The notes: a model not told the origin generated them from the letters alone. A stretch of DNA of 64,000 bases from an uncultured Chloroflexia bacterium (GCA_963739365.1 CAVUAG010000003.1:6887-70886); one strand, 5' to 3'. Counted from the first letter of the stretch, positions 30,934 through 41,663 are shown. Translations and numbers: made by a program.

Positions 30934-33050
30934 GCGGCCTCCAGCGCGTGATGCGCCATCCCGACCGGATCAACGACCCGCACGTCCGGGCCCACACCCT
31001 CGCGTCCGACGCCCTGCTCGGTCCGCTCGATTCCCCCGACGCCGCGTGGCTCGACGAGCATCTCGCGGGCTGCGAGCCGTGCGCGACGACCGCCGGCGCG
31101 TTCGCGGAAGACGCCCAGCTCCTGCGAGCGCTGCGCACGGACGTGCCGGCGGCGCCGCGTGACCTCGGGGCGCGGGTGTCGCTCGCTCTCGATGAGGAAG
31201 TCCGCCGCGCACAGCGGAGCCGGCGATCCACGGACCACGGCAGACGCAGGGCTCCCTGGCCGGCGTTCGGCCGGCCCGGCTTCGCCTTCGCCGGCCTGAC
31301 CGCGGTCGCTGTCGTCGCGCTTCTCGTGGCTCCGCTCGCCGTCCCGGTCGGGACTCCCCCGGCCGGCACGCCACCGGCCAGCAGCATGCTGCCGGCAGCG
31401 ACGCCGATCATCGTCGACTCGCAGCCGGTCGCGTGGGTTCGCCAGGCCCCCGACGGGACATACGTGCTCGCCACGGCCGAGGTGCGCCGGGTCTGCGCCG
31501 GCGCGGATGCCACGGCCTGCGGCACGCTCGACGGCGGCGCCCAGACGCTGGCCACGCTCTCCGTGAAGCCGTCGTCCGTGCTCCTCTCGACAAGTGGCGG
31601 TCCGGCTGTGGTCGTGGGCGAAGAGGCCGTCTACGCGGTCGCCGTCGCTTCCGCCGCACCCGTCACAACGCCCGGACCCGAGCCGTCTCCCGTGGTAACC
31701 AGCGAGCCTGTTCAATCGCCGGCGGCGTCGGGGGAGCCGACTTCTCCTCCAGTCGGCTCTCCCTCGCCGTCGGATCTGCTCGCCTCGCCGGAACCCGCCA
31801 CGCCCTCGACCGATCCGGGCGCCGCGACGCCGCTGCCCACGATCCTGCCGGCCACCCCGGCACCGTCCCCTGCGCCGGCGGTCGCCATCGTCGAGGGTGT
31901 CGTCATCGTGGGCACCCCCCCCGCGTACAGCGCCGACGGGCAATGGGTGGCCTTCTCGGCTCGCCCGGCCGACGGCTCCCAGGGCCCCGACATCTACGCC
32001 TGGCGCGTGGGCGAGCCGCAGGCCCGGGTCCTGACCAGCGACCATGGCTCGGTCTTCTCGGGCTGGGTCGCGGGCGCGATCGTCGCCAGCACGGCCCGGG
32101 TGACAGAGCTCGCCGAACCGGAGGCGTCGGGCGGAGCCACGGGCTCGCCCTCGGAGGTGCCCACGGAGGTGCCATCGCCGGCGCCATCGCTCGAGCCGAC
32201 GCCCGTCGTCAGCCCGACGCCGGAGGTCTCGTTCGAGTCCGCCCCATCGCCGGCGCCGGATGCCTCCCCGGAGCTCGGCCCCGTGCCGAATGCCCTGCCC
32301 GGCGCTGTCCCGGCGCCCGACGTCGATCCGGCCACCGTCGTCGCGCGCTCGTACCTCATCGATCCCGGGAGCGCCGTCGTCACAGAGATCGAGCGCGAGG
32401 GAGTCTGGCGGCCGGTCGTGGATCCGACCGACCGGGTGGCCGTCTTCTGGGAGGGATCGCTGGCCTGGAACGAGGTCGAGCGGGCGTGGCTTCCCGAGCA
32501 CGGCGAGCTCGTCCTGGCCGACTGGCAGGGTGTCCTCGCCGGCCCGCCCGATCCCACGAGCGCCACGCCCGATCCCAACGCCACGCCCGATCCCAACGCC
32601 ACGCCGGACCCGGCCGCGACGCCCACGCTCGAGGCGACGTTCTCGCCGGATCCCAGCTCCTCGCCGGGTGCGACCGACGCGCCTGTGGCGAGCTCCGATG
32701 CGGCGCTTCCCGCCGCGGCCGCCGGCACCGACATCGCCGACTGGGAGGTTCGCTTCGACCCGGCCGGCCGCTTCCTCGGTGTCTGGGTGGCCGATCCCGC
32801 CGCTCCGGGCAGCGGCCGCCTCGCGCTCGTCGCCGTCAACAGCGACGCCTCGCTCGGCGACGTCCTGCTCGCCGACGCGGCTGCGCTGCCGGGCTTCTCG
32901 GTGGGCGCCGACCGCCTGGCCTGGTCCACGCCGCCGGGCCGCAACGGGCAGGGGAGCCTCGTCACCGTCTTCGCCTGGAGCGGCGCGGACGCTGGCCAGC
33001 TCTACGGGATGCCCGATCCCGGGGAAGAGCCGGTCGTCGTCGTCCGCTGA
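30930..33050 (+). CDS. anti-sigma factor (ZAS-type HxxxCxxC), single TM, large Pro/Thr/Ser-rich extracytoplasmic region with TolB/PD40-like propeller motifs
   Basis: ATGA overlap with the sigma gene. HVRAHTLASDALL...HLAGCEPCA; TM helix FAFAGLTAVAVVALLVAPLAV. YSADGQWVAFSARPADGSQGPDIYAWRVG and AWSTPPGRNGQGSLV motifs; 706 aa in an intact frame. Confidence 0.6.
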   Translation: MSGLQRVMRHPDRINDPHVRAHTLASDALLGPLDSPDAAWLDEHLAGCEPCATTAGAFAEDAQLLRALRTDVPAAPRDLGARVSLALDEEVRRAQRSRRSTDHGRRRAPWPAFGRPGFAFAGLTAVAVVALLVAPLAVPVGTPPAGTPPASSMLPAATPIIVDSQPVAWVRQAPDGTYVLATAEVRRVCAGADATACGTLDGGAQTLATLSVKPSSVLLSTSGGPAVVVGEEAVYAVAVASAAPVTTPGPEPSPVVTSEPVQSPAASGEPTSPPVGSPSPSDLLASPEPATPSTDPGAATPLPTILPATPAPSPAPAVAIVEGVVIVGTPPAYSADGQWVAFSARPADGSQGPDIYAWRVGEPQARVLTSDHGSVFSGWVAGAIVASTARVTELAEPEASGGATGSPSEVPTEVPSPAPSLEPTPVVSPTPEVSFESAPSPAPDASPELGPVPNALPGAVPAPDVDPATVVARSYLIDPGSAVVTEIEREGVWRPVVDPTDRVAVFWEGSLAWNEVERAWLPEHGELVLADWQGVLAGPPDPTSATPDPNATPDPNATPDPAATPTLEATFSPDPSSSPGATDAPVASSDAALPAAAAGTDIADWEVRFDPAGRFLGVWVADPAAPGSGRLALVAVNSDASLGDVLLADAAALPGFSVGADRLAWSTPPGRNGQGSLVTVFAWSGADAGQLYGMPDPGEEPVVVVR

Positions 33051-33130
33051 GGACGAGCCCCGAGGTCGCCTGGCCTCGCGGGATGGGCTCACCGGGCGCC
33101 TCGCGATGGCGTAGACTGCGCGCGACCCTT

Positions 33131-33162
33131 TAACGACCGGTCCAGGGAGGCCGGGAAGGAGG
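33131..33162 (+). promoter_or_regulatory. PyrR-binding RNA hairpin candidate overlapping the ribosome-binding site
   Basis: cgaCCGGUCCAGGGAGGCCGGgaaggagg contains the UCCAGNGAGGC PyrR binding-loop signature within a CCGG/CCGG stem, immediately 5' of a GGAGG Shine-Dalgarno. Confidence 0.5.
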
Positions 33163-33168
33163 ATGCAC

Positions 33169-33219
33169 ATGCCACGTCGCGGCGGGTGCAGCGGGCTGGC
33201 CCCCGGGTGGGGCGCCTGA
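33169..33219 (+). CDS. 16-codon leader ORF ([16 protein letters not shown]), translationally coupled to pyrR
   Basis: GGAGG then 6 nt then the ATG; its stop TGA overlaps the pyrR ATG (TGATG). Confidence 0.3.
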   Translation: MPRRGGCSGLAPGWGA

Positions 33220-33764
33220 TGGACGCACCCCAGATCATGACCGCGGACGAAGTCCGCCGGACGATCGTCCGCATCTCCCACGAGATCGTCGAGCGGCAGG
33301 CCGGAACCGACGGCCTCGTCCTCGTCGGGATCCAGCGCCGTGGTGTGCCGCTCGCGCAGCGCATCGCGGCCGCGATCAACGAGCACGAGGGCGTCACCCT
33401 CCCCGTCGGTGCCCTCGACATCACCTTCTACCGGGACGACCTCTCGCTGATCGCCCAGCAGCCGATCGTCAAGGGCACCGAGATCCCGGTCGACCTCACC
33501 GAGAAGACGGTCGTCCTCGTCGACGACGTCCTCTACACGGGGCGCACGATCCGGGCCGCGATGGACGCCCTCGCCGACTTCGGGCGGCCCCGCGCGATCC
33601 GCCTCACCGTCCTGGTCGATCGCGGTCATCGCGAGCTCCCGATCCGCGCCGACCACGTCGGGAAGAACGTTCCGACGTCGCGGGCCGAGCGGGTCAATGT
33701 CTACCTGGTCGAGACGGACGGCGAGGACGCCGTCCGCATCATGCGCGGGGAGGGGCAGGCATGA
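33219..33764 (+). CDS. pyrR: bifunctional pyr operon regulator / uracil phosphoribosyltransferase PyrR
   Basis: [25 protein letters not shown] motif; typical PyrR length; the stop overlaps the pyrB ATG. Confidence 0.85.
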   Translation: MDAPQIMTADEVRRTIVRISHEIVERQAGTDGLVLVGIQRRGVPLAQRIAAAINEHEGVTLPVGALDITFYRDDLSLIAQQPIVKGTEIPVDLTEKTVVLVDDVLYTGRTIRAAMDALADFGRPRAIRLTVLVDRGHRELPIRADHVGKNVPTSRAERVNVYLVETDGEDAVRIMRGEGQA

Positions 33765-34807
33765 GCGCGCCGCAGGGCGGGACGGCGGCGGCCGCCCCGG
33801 TCGAGCCCACGACCGAGCATCCCTGGCATCACCGCCACATCCTCGACGTCGACGTCCTCTCGGCGGCCGACCTCGGGCTCATCATGAAGACGACCGACGC
33901 GATGAAGGAGGTTCTCGCCCGGCCGATCACGAAGGTCCCGGCTCTCCGCGGCCGGAACGTGACGATCATCTTCTACGAGGCGTCGACGCGCACCCGTGTC
34001 TCCTTCGAGGTCGCCGCCAAGAACCTCTCGGCAGACGTCGTGAACATCGCCGCGAGCGCATCGTCGGTCTCGAAGGGCGAGTCGCTCGTCGACACGATCC
34101 GCACGATCGAGGCGCTGGGCGCCCACATGATCGTCATGCGCCACGGGACCTCGGGCGCGCCGTATCTCGCGGCCGAGGTCTTCTCGGGAAGCGTCCTCAA
34201 CGGCGGCGACGGCTGGCACGCCCACCCGACGCAGGCGCTCCTGGACCTGTACACGATGCGGGCCCACCTGGGCGACCTGCAGGGGAAGAAGATCGTCATC
34301 CTGGGCGACGTTCTCCACTCGCGCGTGGCCCGGAGCAACGTCTGGACGCTCACGGCGATGGGCGCTGACCTCTGGATCTGCGGCCCGACGACCATCCTGC
34401 GCGGCTTCGACACGTGGGCCGCGCGCTGGGCGAACGGGCGAGGCCCGGCCGGGCACGGCGGCTTCACGGTCACGTCCGACATGGACGCCGCCCTGCGCGA
34501 CGCGGACGTGGTCATGGCCCTCCGGCTCCAGCGCGAGCGGATGGACGCCGGCCTGCTGCCGAGCCTGCGCGAGTACGCGGCCCGCTTCGGCCTGACCCGG
34601 GAGCGGCTCACGGCCGCGAAGCCCGATGCGCTGGTCATGCACCCGGGCCCGATGAACGAGGGCGTCGAGATCGCGGCCGACGTCGCGGTCCTGGATCGCA
34701 GCGTCATCATCGAGCAGGTGTCGAACGGGGTGGCGGTGCGGATGGCGCTTCTCTACCTGGTGTCAGGCGTCCACGGCGGCGCCCCGGAGGGTCCGATCGG
34801 TGGCTGA
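33761..34807 (+). CDS. pyrB: aspartate carbamoyltransferase catalytic subunit
   Basis: [21 protein letters not shown] motifs; intact 348 aa. Confidence 0.9.
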   Translation: MSAPQGGTAAAAPVEPTTEHPWHHRHILDVDVLSAADLGLIMKTTDAMKEVLARPITKVPALRGRNVTIIFYEASTRTRVSFEVAAKNLSADVVNIAASASSVSKGESLVDTIRTIEALGAHMIVMRHGTSGAPYLAAEVFSGSVLNGGDGWHAHPTQALLDLYTMRAHLGDLQGKKIVILGDVLHSRVARSNVWTLTAMGADLWICGPTTILRGFDTWAARWANGRGPAGHGGFTVTSDMDAALRDADVVMALRLQRERMDAGLLPSLREYAARFGLTRERLTAAKPDALVMHPGPMNEGVEIAADVAVLDRSVIIEQVSNGVAVRMALLYLVSGVHGGAPEGPIGG

Positions 34808-34808
34808 G

Positions 34809-36243
34809 ATGAAGGTTGGCGAAACGGTCGAGCTCCTCGAGATCAGCCGGGCCTGGCTCGTCGATCCGGCCGCCGGTCGCGAGGGGCCGGGCGAGGTGGT
34901 CGTACGCGGGGGGATCCTCGAAGCGGTCACCTGGCTCGGGGGCGACGAAGCGGAGGCCGCGCGGGCGGAGGGCGCCGGGCCGGACGGTGTGATCGTCACC
35001 CCGGGGCTCGTCGACATCCACGTCCACCTCCGTGAACCGGGCAACGAGGACGCAGAGACGGTGGCTTCGGGGCTGGCGGCCGCAGCCCACGGTGGCTTCA
35101 CGACCGTGGCGGCGATGCCCAACACGACACCTGCGGCCGACGAGCCGGGGGTGTTCGCCCGGGTCCGCGCCGCCGCGGCCGCGTCGGGGTCCCCCGTGGA
35201 GCTGCTCCTCCACGGGGCGGTGACGGTGGGTCGGGCCGGGGAGCGCCTGGCGGCGCTCGGGGAGCTCGCCGACGCGGGTGCGGTCGGCTTCTCCGACGAC
35301 GGGTCGCCGGTGAAGAGTGCCGTGATCCTCCGCAACGCGCTCCTTTACCTCGGGATGCTCGGCCTGCCGCTCTTCGAGCACGTCGAGGACGCGACGCTCA
35401 CCGGGGGCGCCGAGGCGAACGAGGGGTACGTGGCGTCGGTTCTCGGCCTCAAAGGCTGGCCGCCCGCGGCCGAGATCGCCGCCGCAGGGCGGGCGATCGC
35501 GGTGCTCACGGCCGTGCTCCCGGACGCGCCGGGGGCGCGCCTTCACCTCACCCACCTCTCGACCGCCGGGTCGCTCGAGGCGGTCCGCCGGGCGAAGGCC
35601 GCCGGCCTGCCGGTCACCTGCGACGTGACACCGCACCACCTCGGCCTCACCGACGAGTGGCTCGCCGGTGCACGGCGCTGGGCCTGGGAGGCGATCGGCG
35701 AGGACGGCGCGGCCCGCGACCCGTGGGCCGACGGCGCGCTCGTCGCCCACCCGTACGCGACGGCCTGCAAGGTCAACCCGCCACTGCGGTCCGCCGAGGA
35801 TGCCGCCGCCATGCTGGCGGCGCTCGTCGACGGGACGGCCGACGCGGTCGCGACCGACCACGCCCCCCACACCCAGGTCGACAAGGAGGCCGAGTTCGGC
35901 CTCGCCGCCAATGGGATCAGCGGGGTCGAGACCGCGCTCGGAGTGCTTCTCGCGGCCGTGGCCGCGGGGCGGCTGCCCCTGGCCCGGGCGATCGAGGCGC
36001 TCACGACCGGCCCGGCCCGTGTCCTCGGGGCGCGGCCGGGACGCCGGGGCGCGGCGCGGGGCCTCGTGGAGGGCGAGCCCGCAGACCTCGTCATCGTGGA
36101 CGCCGGGGCGACGTGGGTCGTGGCTCCCGAGAGCCTCCTGTCCCGCGGGCGCAACACGCCGTTCCTGGGCACTGGAGCTGCCCGGGCGCGTCCTCCTGAC
36201 CGTTGCGGACGGGCGCCTCGCCTGGCGCGACGCGGGGGCCTGA
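34809..36243 (+). CDS. pyrC: dihydroorotase, C-terminal frameshift
   Basis: DIHVHLREPG, DHAPH motifs. The end shifts at about 36170 into ...LELPGRVLLTVADGRLAWRDAGA* (ORF 35668..36243). Confidence 0.8.
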
Positions 36244-36526
36244 GGGGAGACCAGGTCTGCCGGGAGCGGGTCGCAGCTCGGGGCGACGGCGGCGAGGACC
36301 GCCGCGAGGGCGGGCCACGCGGCGCCCTCATGACGTGACGGCGCGGCCCCCGGGGAGCCGGGCGCCTCGCTCACAATGGAGGCGCGATCCGGGCTGCGGT
36401 CGGCAGCGTCGACGGCCGCCCCGGCGAACGATGGGAGGCAGCGGTGAGCAGCAGCGTTGCGGCAGCCGGCCGCCTCGTCGGGTCGACCCTGGCGAAGGTG
36501 CCGGCCCGGGCAGGGAGCGTGCCCCG

Positions 36527-37351
36527 GTGATCGGGACCGGTGGGGTTGCCCGGTACCCGGACCTCGTCGGGCGGCGGGTCGTCATCAGCGGCGGGGCGAG
36601 CGGGATCGGGCTGGCGACCGCCGAGCGGTTCGTCGCGGAGGGCAGCCGCGTCGTGATCCTCGACCGCGACGAGGCGCGGTTCGACGCGGTCCGCGCCGAG
36701 CAGCCCGGCCTGGCCGGCATCGTGGCCGCCGACGTCGCCGACCGCCCCTCGGTCGATGCCGCCTTCAGGGAGGTCGACCGGCTCCTCGGCGGGGTGGACG
36801 TGGTGATCGCCAACGCCGGCATCAGCATTCGCCACCGCTTCCTCGACATCACGCCGGAGGAGTGGCGCCGGGTGCTGGCCGTCAACCTCGAGGGCGTCTT
36901 CCACGTCGCCCAGGAGGGTGCGCGCCGGATGGCGGCCGCCGGGGGTGGCGTCATCCTCGTGATGGGCTCCACGAATGGCCTGGTCGGCCACCCCTTCTAC
37001 GCCGACTACAACGCCTCGAAGGCCGGGGTGATCCTGCTGGCCCGCTCCATGGCCCTCGAGCTGGCGCCAGCGATCCGGGTGAACGCGATCTGCCCGGGCT
37101 ACGTGATGACGCCGATGCAGCGGGCCGAGTACACGCCCGAGATGCTGGCGGCCACCGACGCCAAGATCCCCCTCGGGCGCCACGCCCGGCCCGACGAGGT
37201 CGCCGGGCTGTTCGCCTTCCTTGCCTCCGACGAGGGTGCCTACCTCACCGGTGCGATCCTCCCGATCGACGGCGGTGAGCTCGCCGGGGGCCTGGCGAGC
37301 CGCGACTGGACCCGCCCTCCCGCCACTCCCGAGACGGAGACGACGACGTGA
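36527..37351 (+). CDS. short-chain dehydrogenase/reductase (SDR)
   Basis: VVISGGASGIGLATAERF, NAG, YADYNASK catalytic motif. GTG start overlaps the stop of a possible 28-codon upstream ORF. Confidence 0.65.
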   Translation: MIGTGGVARYPDLVGRRVVISGGASGIGLATAERFVAEGSRVVILDRDEARFDAVRAEQPGLAGIVAADVADRPSVDAAFREVDRLLGGVDVVIANAGISIRHRFLDITPEEWRRVLAVNLEGVFHVAQEGARRMAAAGGGVILVMGSTNGLVGHPFYADYNASKAGVILLARSMALELAPAIRVNAICPGYVMTPMQRAEYTPEMLAATDAKIPLGRHARPDEVAGLFAFLASDEGAYLTGAILPIDGGELAGGLASRDWTRPPATPETETTT

Positions 37352-38745
37352 CAGACAGGCCTGCCCCGGTCCATCCCTACATCCCGAACGCGGTCCCCGG
37401 GGTCCGTGCCGCCATGCTTGCGGCGATCGGCGCCGCCGACGTCGAGGAGCTGTACGGGGAGATCCCCGAGCGGCTCCGGCTCCGCCGCCCGCTCGACCTG
37501 CCGCCCCCGCTCCGCTCCGAGGCGGACCTGGTCCGCCACGTCGAAGGGCTCCTGGGGCGCAACCGCTCCACCCGCGAGCTCGTGAGCTTCCTGGGCGCCG
37601 GCTGCTACGAGCACCACGTGCCCGCCGTCTGCGATGAGGTGAACGGGCGCGGGGAGTTCCTGACTGCCTACGCCGGCGAGCCCTACGAGGACCACGGCCG
37701 CTTCCAGGCCCTCTTCGAGTACTGCTCGATGATGGCCGAGCTGCTCGAGATGGACGTCGTCAACGTCCCGACCTACGACGGCTTCCAGGCGACGGCGACC
37801 GCCCTGCGCATGGCCGCCCGGGTGACCGGCCGCTCCCGCCTCCTCGTGACCGGCTCGATCGGCCGCGACAAGCTGTCGAAGGTCGTCGACTACACCTCCC
37901 CGGACCTGGCGGTCGAGCTCGTCCCGTTCGACCCGATGACCGGCCTCCTCGACGTCGGCGCGCTCCGTGCGCGGCTCGACGAATCGGTCGCCGCGATCTA
38001 CCTCGAGCAGCCGTCGTACCTCGGCACGGTGGAGGCCGACCCGGCTGCCATCGTCGAGCTCGCCCACGCGGCCGGCGCCCTCGCCGTCGTCGGTGTCGAC
38101 CCGTCGACCCTCGGGGTGCTGGCGCCTCCGTCGATCTACGGGGCTGACATCGCCTGCGGCGACATCCAGCCGCTCGGCATCCACCAGCAGTTCGGAGGCG
38201 GCCACGGCGGCTTCATCGCCTCGGCCGACGACCCGCGGATCGTGATGGAGTACCCGTCGCGGCTCTTCGGGATCGCCCCGACCACCGTCGAGGGAGAGTA
38301 CGGCTTCGGCGACGTCGCCTACGAGCGCACGTCCTTCGCGGTCCGCGAGGAGGGCAAGGAGTGGGTCGGGACGGCCGCTGCCCTGTGGGGGATCACGGCA
38401 GGCGTCTACCTCGCCCTCATGGGACCCAGCGGGATGGTCGAGCTGGGCGAGGCGATGATGGCCCGGACTCGCTACGCGATGGATCGGCTCGCCGAGATCC
38501 CGGGCACGCGGGTGCCGTTCGCCGCGAGCCACCACGTCAAGGAGTTCGTCGTCGATGTCGGTTCGTCCGGACGAACCGCCAGGGAGGTGAACGCGGCTCT
38601 CCTCGAACGGGGATTCCTCGGCGGGGCGGACCTGTCGGCCGCCTTCCCCGAGCTGGGCCAGGCGCTCCTCGTCGCGGTCACGGAGGTCCGCACGCAGGCC
38701 GAGATCGACCGCTTCGCGGATGCCCTCCGGGAGGTGCTCCGGTGA
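37348..38745 (+). CDS. gcvPA: glycine dehydrogenase (decarboxylating) subunit 1
   Basis: Intact 465 aa; N-terminal half of the split P-protein. Confidence 0.9.
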   Translation: MTDRPAPVHPYIPNAVPGVRAAMLAAIGAADVEELYGEIPERLRLRRPLDLPPPLRSEADLVRHVEGLLGRNRSTRELVSFLGAGCYEHHVPAVCDEVNGRGEFLTAYAGEPYEDHGRFQALFEYCSMMAELLEMDVVNVPTYDGFQATATALRMAARVTGRSRLLVTGSIGRDKLSKVVDYTSPDLAVELVPFDPMTGLLDVGALRARLDESVAAIYLEQPSYLGTVEADPAAIVELAHAAGALAVVGVDPSTLGVLAPPSIYGADIACGDIQPLGIHQQFGGGHGGFIASADDPRIVMEYPSRLFGIAPTTVEGEYGFGDVAYERTSFAVREEGKEWVGTAAALWGITAGVYLALMGPSGMVELGEAMMARTRYAMDRLAEIPGTRVPFAASHHVKEFVVDVGSSGRTAREVNAALLERGFLGGADLSAAFPELGQALLVAVTEVRTQAEIDRFADALREVLR

Positions 38746-40460
38746 CGTCCTCGAACCATGCGCCGGCCGTCGGCGCCGCCCCGATGACCCACCGCGGCCC
38801 GGCGCGAGAGAGCGCCGTCGCCGCCCCGCGCGGGCCGATCGGTCCCAAGCCGATGCCGCGCCGCTTCCACCAGGCGAGCTGGGACGAGCCGATCGTCTTC
38901 GAGCTCTCGACGCCCGGCGCCCGCGGCGTTCTCCTGCCCCCCGTCGAGGCTGCGATCACCGAGCGCGTCGGCGACGTGGCCGGCCGGCTGCCGGCCGGCG
39001 CCCGCCGCCCCGCCCCGCCCGCGCTGCCCGAGCTGGCCCAGATCCACGTCGTGCGCCACTACGCGCGCCTGTCGCAGGAGAACCTGGGCGTCGACCTCAA
39101 CATCGACGTCGGGCAGGGCACCTGCACGATGAAGTACTCGCCGAAGGTCAACGACCAGCTCGTGCGCAGCCCGAAGCTCGCCGACCTCCACCCGCTCCAG
39201 GATCCGTCCACCGTCCAGGGCATCCTCGAGATCCTCTGGCACCTGGAGCGGATGCTCTGCGAGATCTCCGGGATGGACCGCGTGACGCTCCAGCCCGGGG
39301 CCGGCTCAGCGGCGATCTACGCCAACGTCTCCATGATTCGGGCCTACCACGCCGCGCGCGGCGACGCCGGGCGGCGCGACGAGGTCGTCACGACGATCTT
39401 CAGCCATCCCTCGAACGCCGCGGCGGCGAAGGTGGCCGGCTACCGGGTGATCACCCTGCACCCCGACCCGGACCTCGGCCGGCCGACGCTCGACGCGCTC
39501 AGGGCAGCGGTCGGCGAGCGGACCGCGGCGCTGCTGATCACGAACCCGGAGGACACCGGGATCTTCAACCCCGACATCGACGCCTTCGTCCGCATCGTCC
39601 ACGACGCCGGCGGCCTCGCCGCGTACGACCAGGCCAACGCGAACGGGATCCTCGGCATCACCCGGGCCCGCGACGCCGGCTTCGACCTGTGCCACTTCAA
39701 CCTGCACAAGACGTTCTCGACGCCGCACGGCAGCGGCGGGCCCGGTGCCGGTGCCTGCGGCGTCAGCGCCGACCTCGCCCCGTTCCTCCCGCGGCCCACC
39801 GTCGAGCGGGTCGGCGACGACTACGTCCTCGACGACGACCGGCCGCAGAGCGTCGGGAAGATCCGTCCCTGGTACGGCACCACCGCCAACCTCGTCCGGG
39901 CGTACGCCTGGATCATGAGCATGGGGGCCGAGGGGCTTCGCGAGGTCGCCGAGACGGCGGTCCTGAACAACAACTACCTCATGGCGCGCGTGCTGGCGAT
40001 TCGCGGCGCCACGGCGCCGTACGCCGCGGGGCAGCGCCGCATCGAGCAGGTGCGCTACAGCTGGGAGGCCCTCGCCGAGGCCACGGGGATCCATTCCGAC
40101 GAGCTCGGAGTCCGCGCGGCCGACTTCGGGACGCACTACTGGACGAGCCACCACCCGTTCGTCGTGCCGGAACCGATGACCCTCGAGCCGACCGAGTCGT
40201 ACTCGCGGGCCGACCTCGACGAATACGCGGCGATCCTGGCCGCGGTGGTGGAGGAGGCATACGAAACGCCGGAAGTCGTTCGCTCGGCGCCGCACCGCAG
40301 CACGATCCACCAGGTCGACCACGCCTGGCTCGACGACCCCGAGCGCTGGGCGACGAGCTGGCGCGCCTACCGACGGAAGCACCTCGCGGGTCGGCCGGGC
40401 GGCGCGAGCGACCAGGGCGCGGATGGCGGTGCGCCGGCCGCGCCCGGTGCCGGCGGCTGA
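38742..40460 (+). CDS. gcvPB: glycine dehydrogenase (decarboxylating) subunit 2
   Basis: GTGA overlap with gcvPA; PLP-lysine region CHFNLHKTFSTPHGGGGPG; intact. Confidence 0.9.
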   Translation: MTSSNHAPAVGAAPMTHRGPARESAVAAPRGPIGPKPMPRRFHQASWDEPIVFELSTPGARGVLLPPVEAAITERVGDVAGRLPAGARRPAPPALPELAQIHVVRHYARLSQENLGVDLNIDVGQGTCTMKYSPKVNDQLVRSPKLADLHPLQDPSTVQGILEILWHLERMLCEISGMDRVTLQPGAGSAAIYANVSMIRAYHAARGDAGRRDEVVTTIFSHPSNAAAAKVAGYRVITLHPDPDLGRPTLDALRAAVGERTAALLITNPEDTGIFNPDIDAFVRIVHDAGGLAAYDQANANGILGITRARDAGFDLCHFNLHKTFSTPHGSGGPGAGACGVSADLAPFLPRPTVERVGDDYVLDDDRPQSVGKIRPWYGTTANLVRAYAWIMSMGAEGLREVAETAVLNNNYLMARVLAIRGATAPYAAGQRRIEQVRYSWEALAEATGIHSDELGVRAADFGTHYWTSHHPFVVPEPMTLEPTESYSRADLDEYAAILAAVVEEAYETPEVVRSAPHRSTIHQVDHAWLDDPERWATSWRAYRRKHLAGRPGGASDQGADGGAPAAPGAGG

Positions 40461-40474
40461 CCGTCCCGCCCGCG

Positions 40475-41647
40475 ATGGCTGAGCCGCACGCCGCGGGCAC
40501 CGCGGGGCCCCGGGTCGGCCTGATCGTCAACCCGATCGCCGGGCTGGGCGGACGGGTCGGGCTCAAGGGCACCGACGGGGAGACGACCGTCGCGCGCGCG
40601 CTCGCCCGCGGGGCCGTGCCCGAGGCGAGTGCGCGCGCCGCGGCCGCGCTCCGACGGCTGTTCGTCGCCTGGCCGACCGGCCGAGCGGCGCCGCTCGTGC
40701 TCGTTCCCGACGGGGAGATGGGCGCGGTCGCCGCGCGCGAGGCGGGCGTCGACCACCGGGCCGTTGGGCTGCCCGCCGGCCCGGGCCCCACCTCCGCCGC
40801 CGACACCCGCCGCCTCGCCCGGGCGCTCGTCGACGCGGGGATCGACCTCCTTCTCGTGGCCGGTGGGGACGGCACTGCCCGCGACATCTGTGCGGCGGTG
40901 GGGGAGGACGTCCCGGTGCTCGGGATCCCGGCGGGGGTGAAGATCCTCTCCGGCGTCTTCGCCACGAGCCCGGCCGCGGCCGGCGAGCTCGCAGCATCGT
41001 TCCTCGCGGCAGGGGGTGGCGCGACCGTCGAGGGGGAGGTCGTCGACCTCGACGAGGATGCCTACCGGCGGGGGATCGTCGCTCCCCGGCTGTTCGGCCA
41101 CCTCCGCGTCCCGCGCGGACGGCGGCTGCAGGGCCGCAAGTCGCCGTCACCGCCCGAGGCGGGCGCAGCCGCAGCGGCCATCGCGGAGGACGTCGTGGAG
41201 CGCATGACGACGGGCCGCGCGTGGGTCCTCGGGCCCGGGTCCACCGTCCGGGCGATCGCCGATCGGCTCGGCGTGCCGAAGACACTCGTCGGCGTGGACG
41301 TCGTGGAGATCGGAGAGGACGGCCCCCGTGTTGTCGTCGCCGACGCCGCGGAGGCGGACCTCCTGCGCGTCGTCCGGGCCGGGCCGGCGACGATCGTCCT
41401 GACGCCGATCGGCGGCCAGGGCTTCCTGCTGGGGCGTGGGAACCAGCCGATCTCGGCGGCGGTCCTGCGGGCAGCAGGCCCCGATGCCATCCTCGTCGTC
41501 GCCACCGCCGAGAAGCTGGCGGCGCTCGGCGGACGGGCGCTCCTCGTCGACACCGGCGATCCCGCGCTCGACGCGGCTCTCGCCGGCCATGCCCGGGTGG
41601 TGACCGGGGACCACGAAGCCGCGATCGTGCGGATCGCAGCGGCCTGA
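40475..41647 (+). CDS. ATP-NAD kinase-family (PF01513-like) protein
   Basis: GGDGT motif (LLLVAGGDGTARD); 390 aa. Confidence 0.6.
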   Translation: MAEPHAAGTAGPRVGLIVNPIAGLGGRVGLKGTDGETTVARALARGAVPEASARAAAALRRLFVAWPTGRAAPLVLVPDGEMGAVAAREAGVDHRAVGLPAGPGPTSAADTRRLARALVDAGIDLLLVAGGDGTARDICAAVGEDVPVLGIPAGVKILSGVFATSPAAAGELAASFLAAGGGATVEGEVVDLDEDAYRRGIVAPRLFGHLRVPRGRRLQGRKSPSPPEAGAAAAAIAEDVVERMTTGRAWVLGPGSTVRAIADRLGVPKTLVGVDVVEIGEDGPRVVVADAAEADLLRVVRAGPATIVLTPIGGQGFLLGRGNQPISAAVLRAAGPDAILVVATAEKLAALGGRALLVDTGDPALDAALAGHARVVTGDHEAAIVRIAAA

Positions 41648-41663
41648 TCGAACGGAGGGACCC

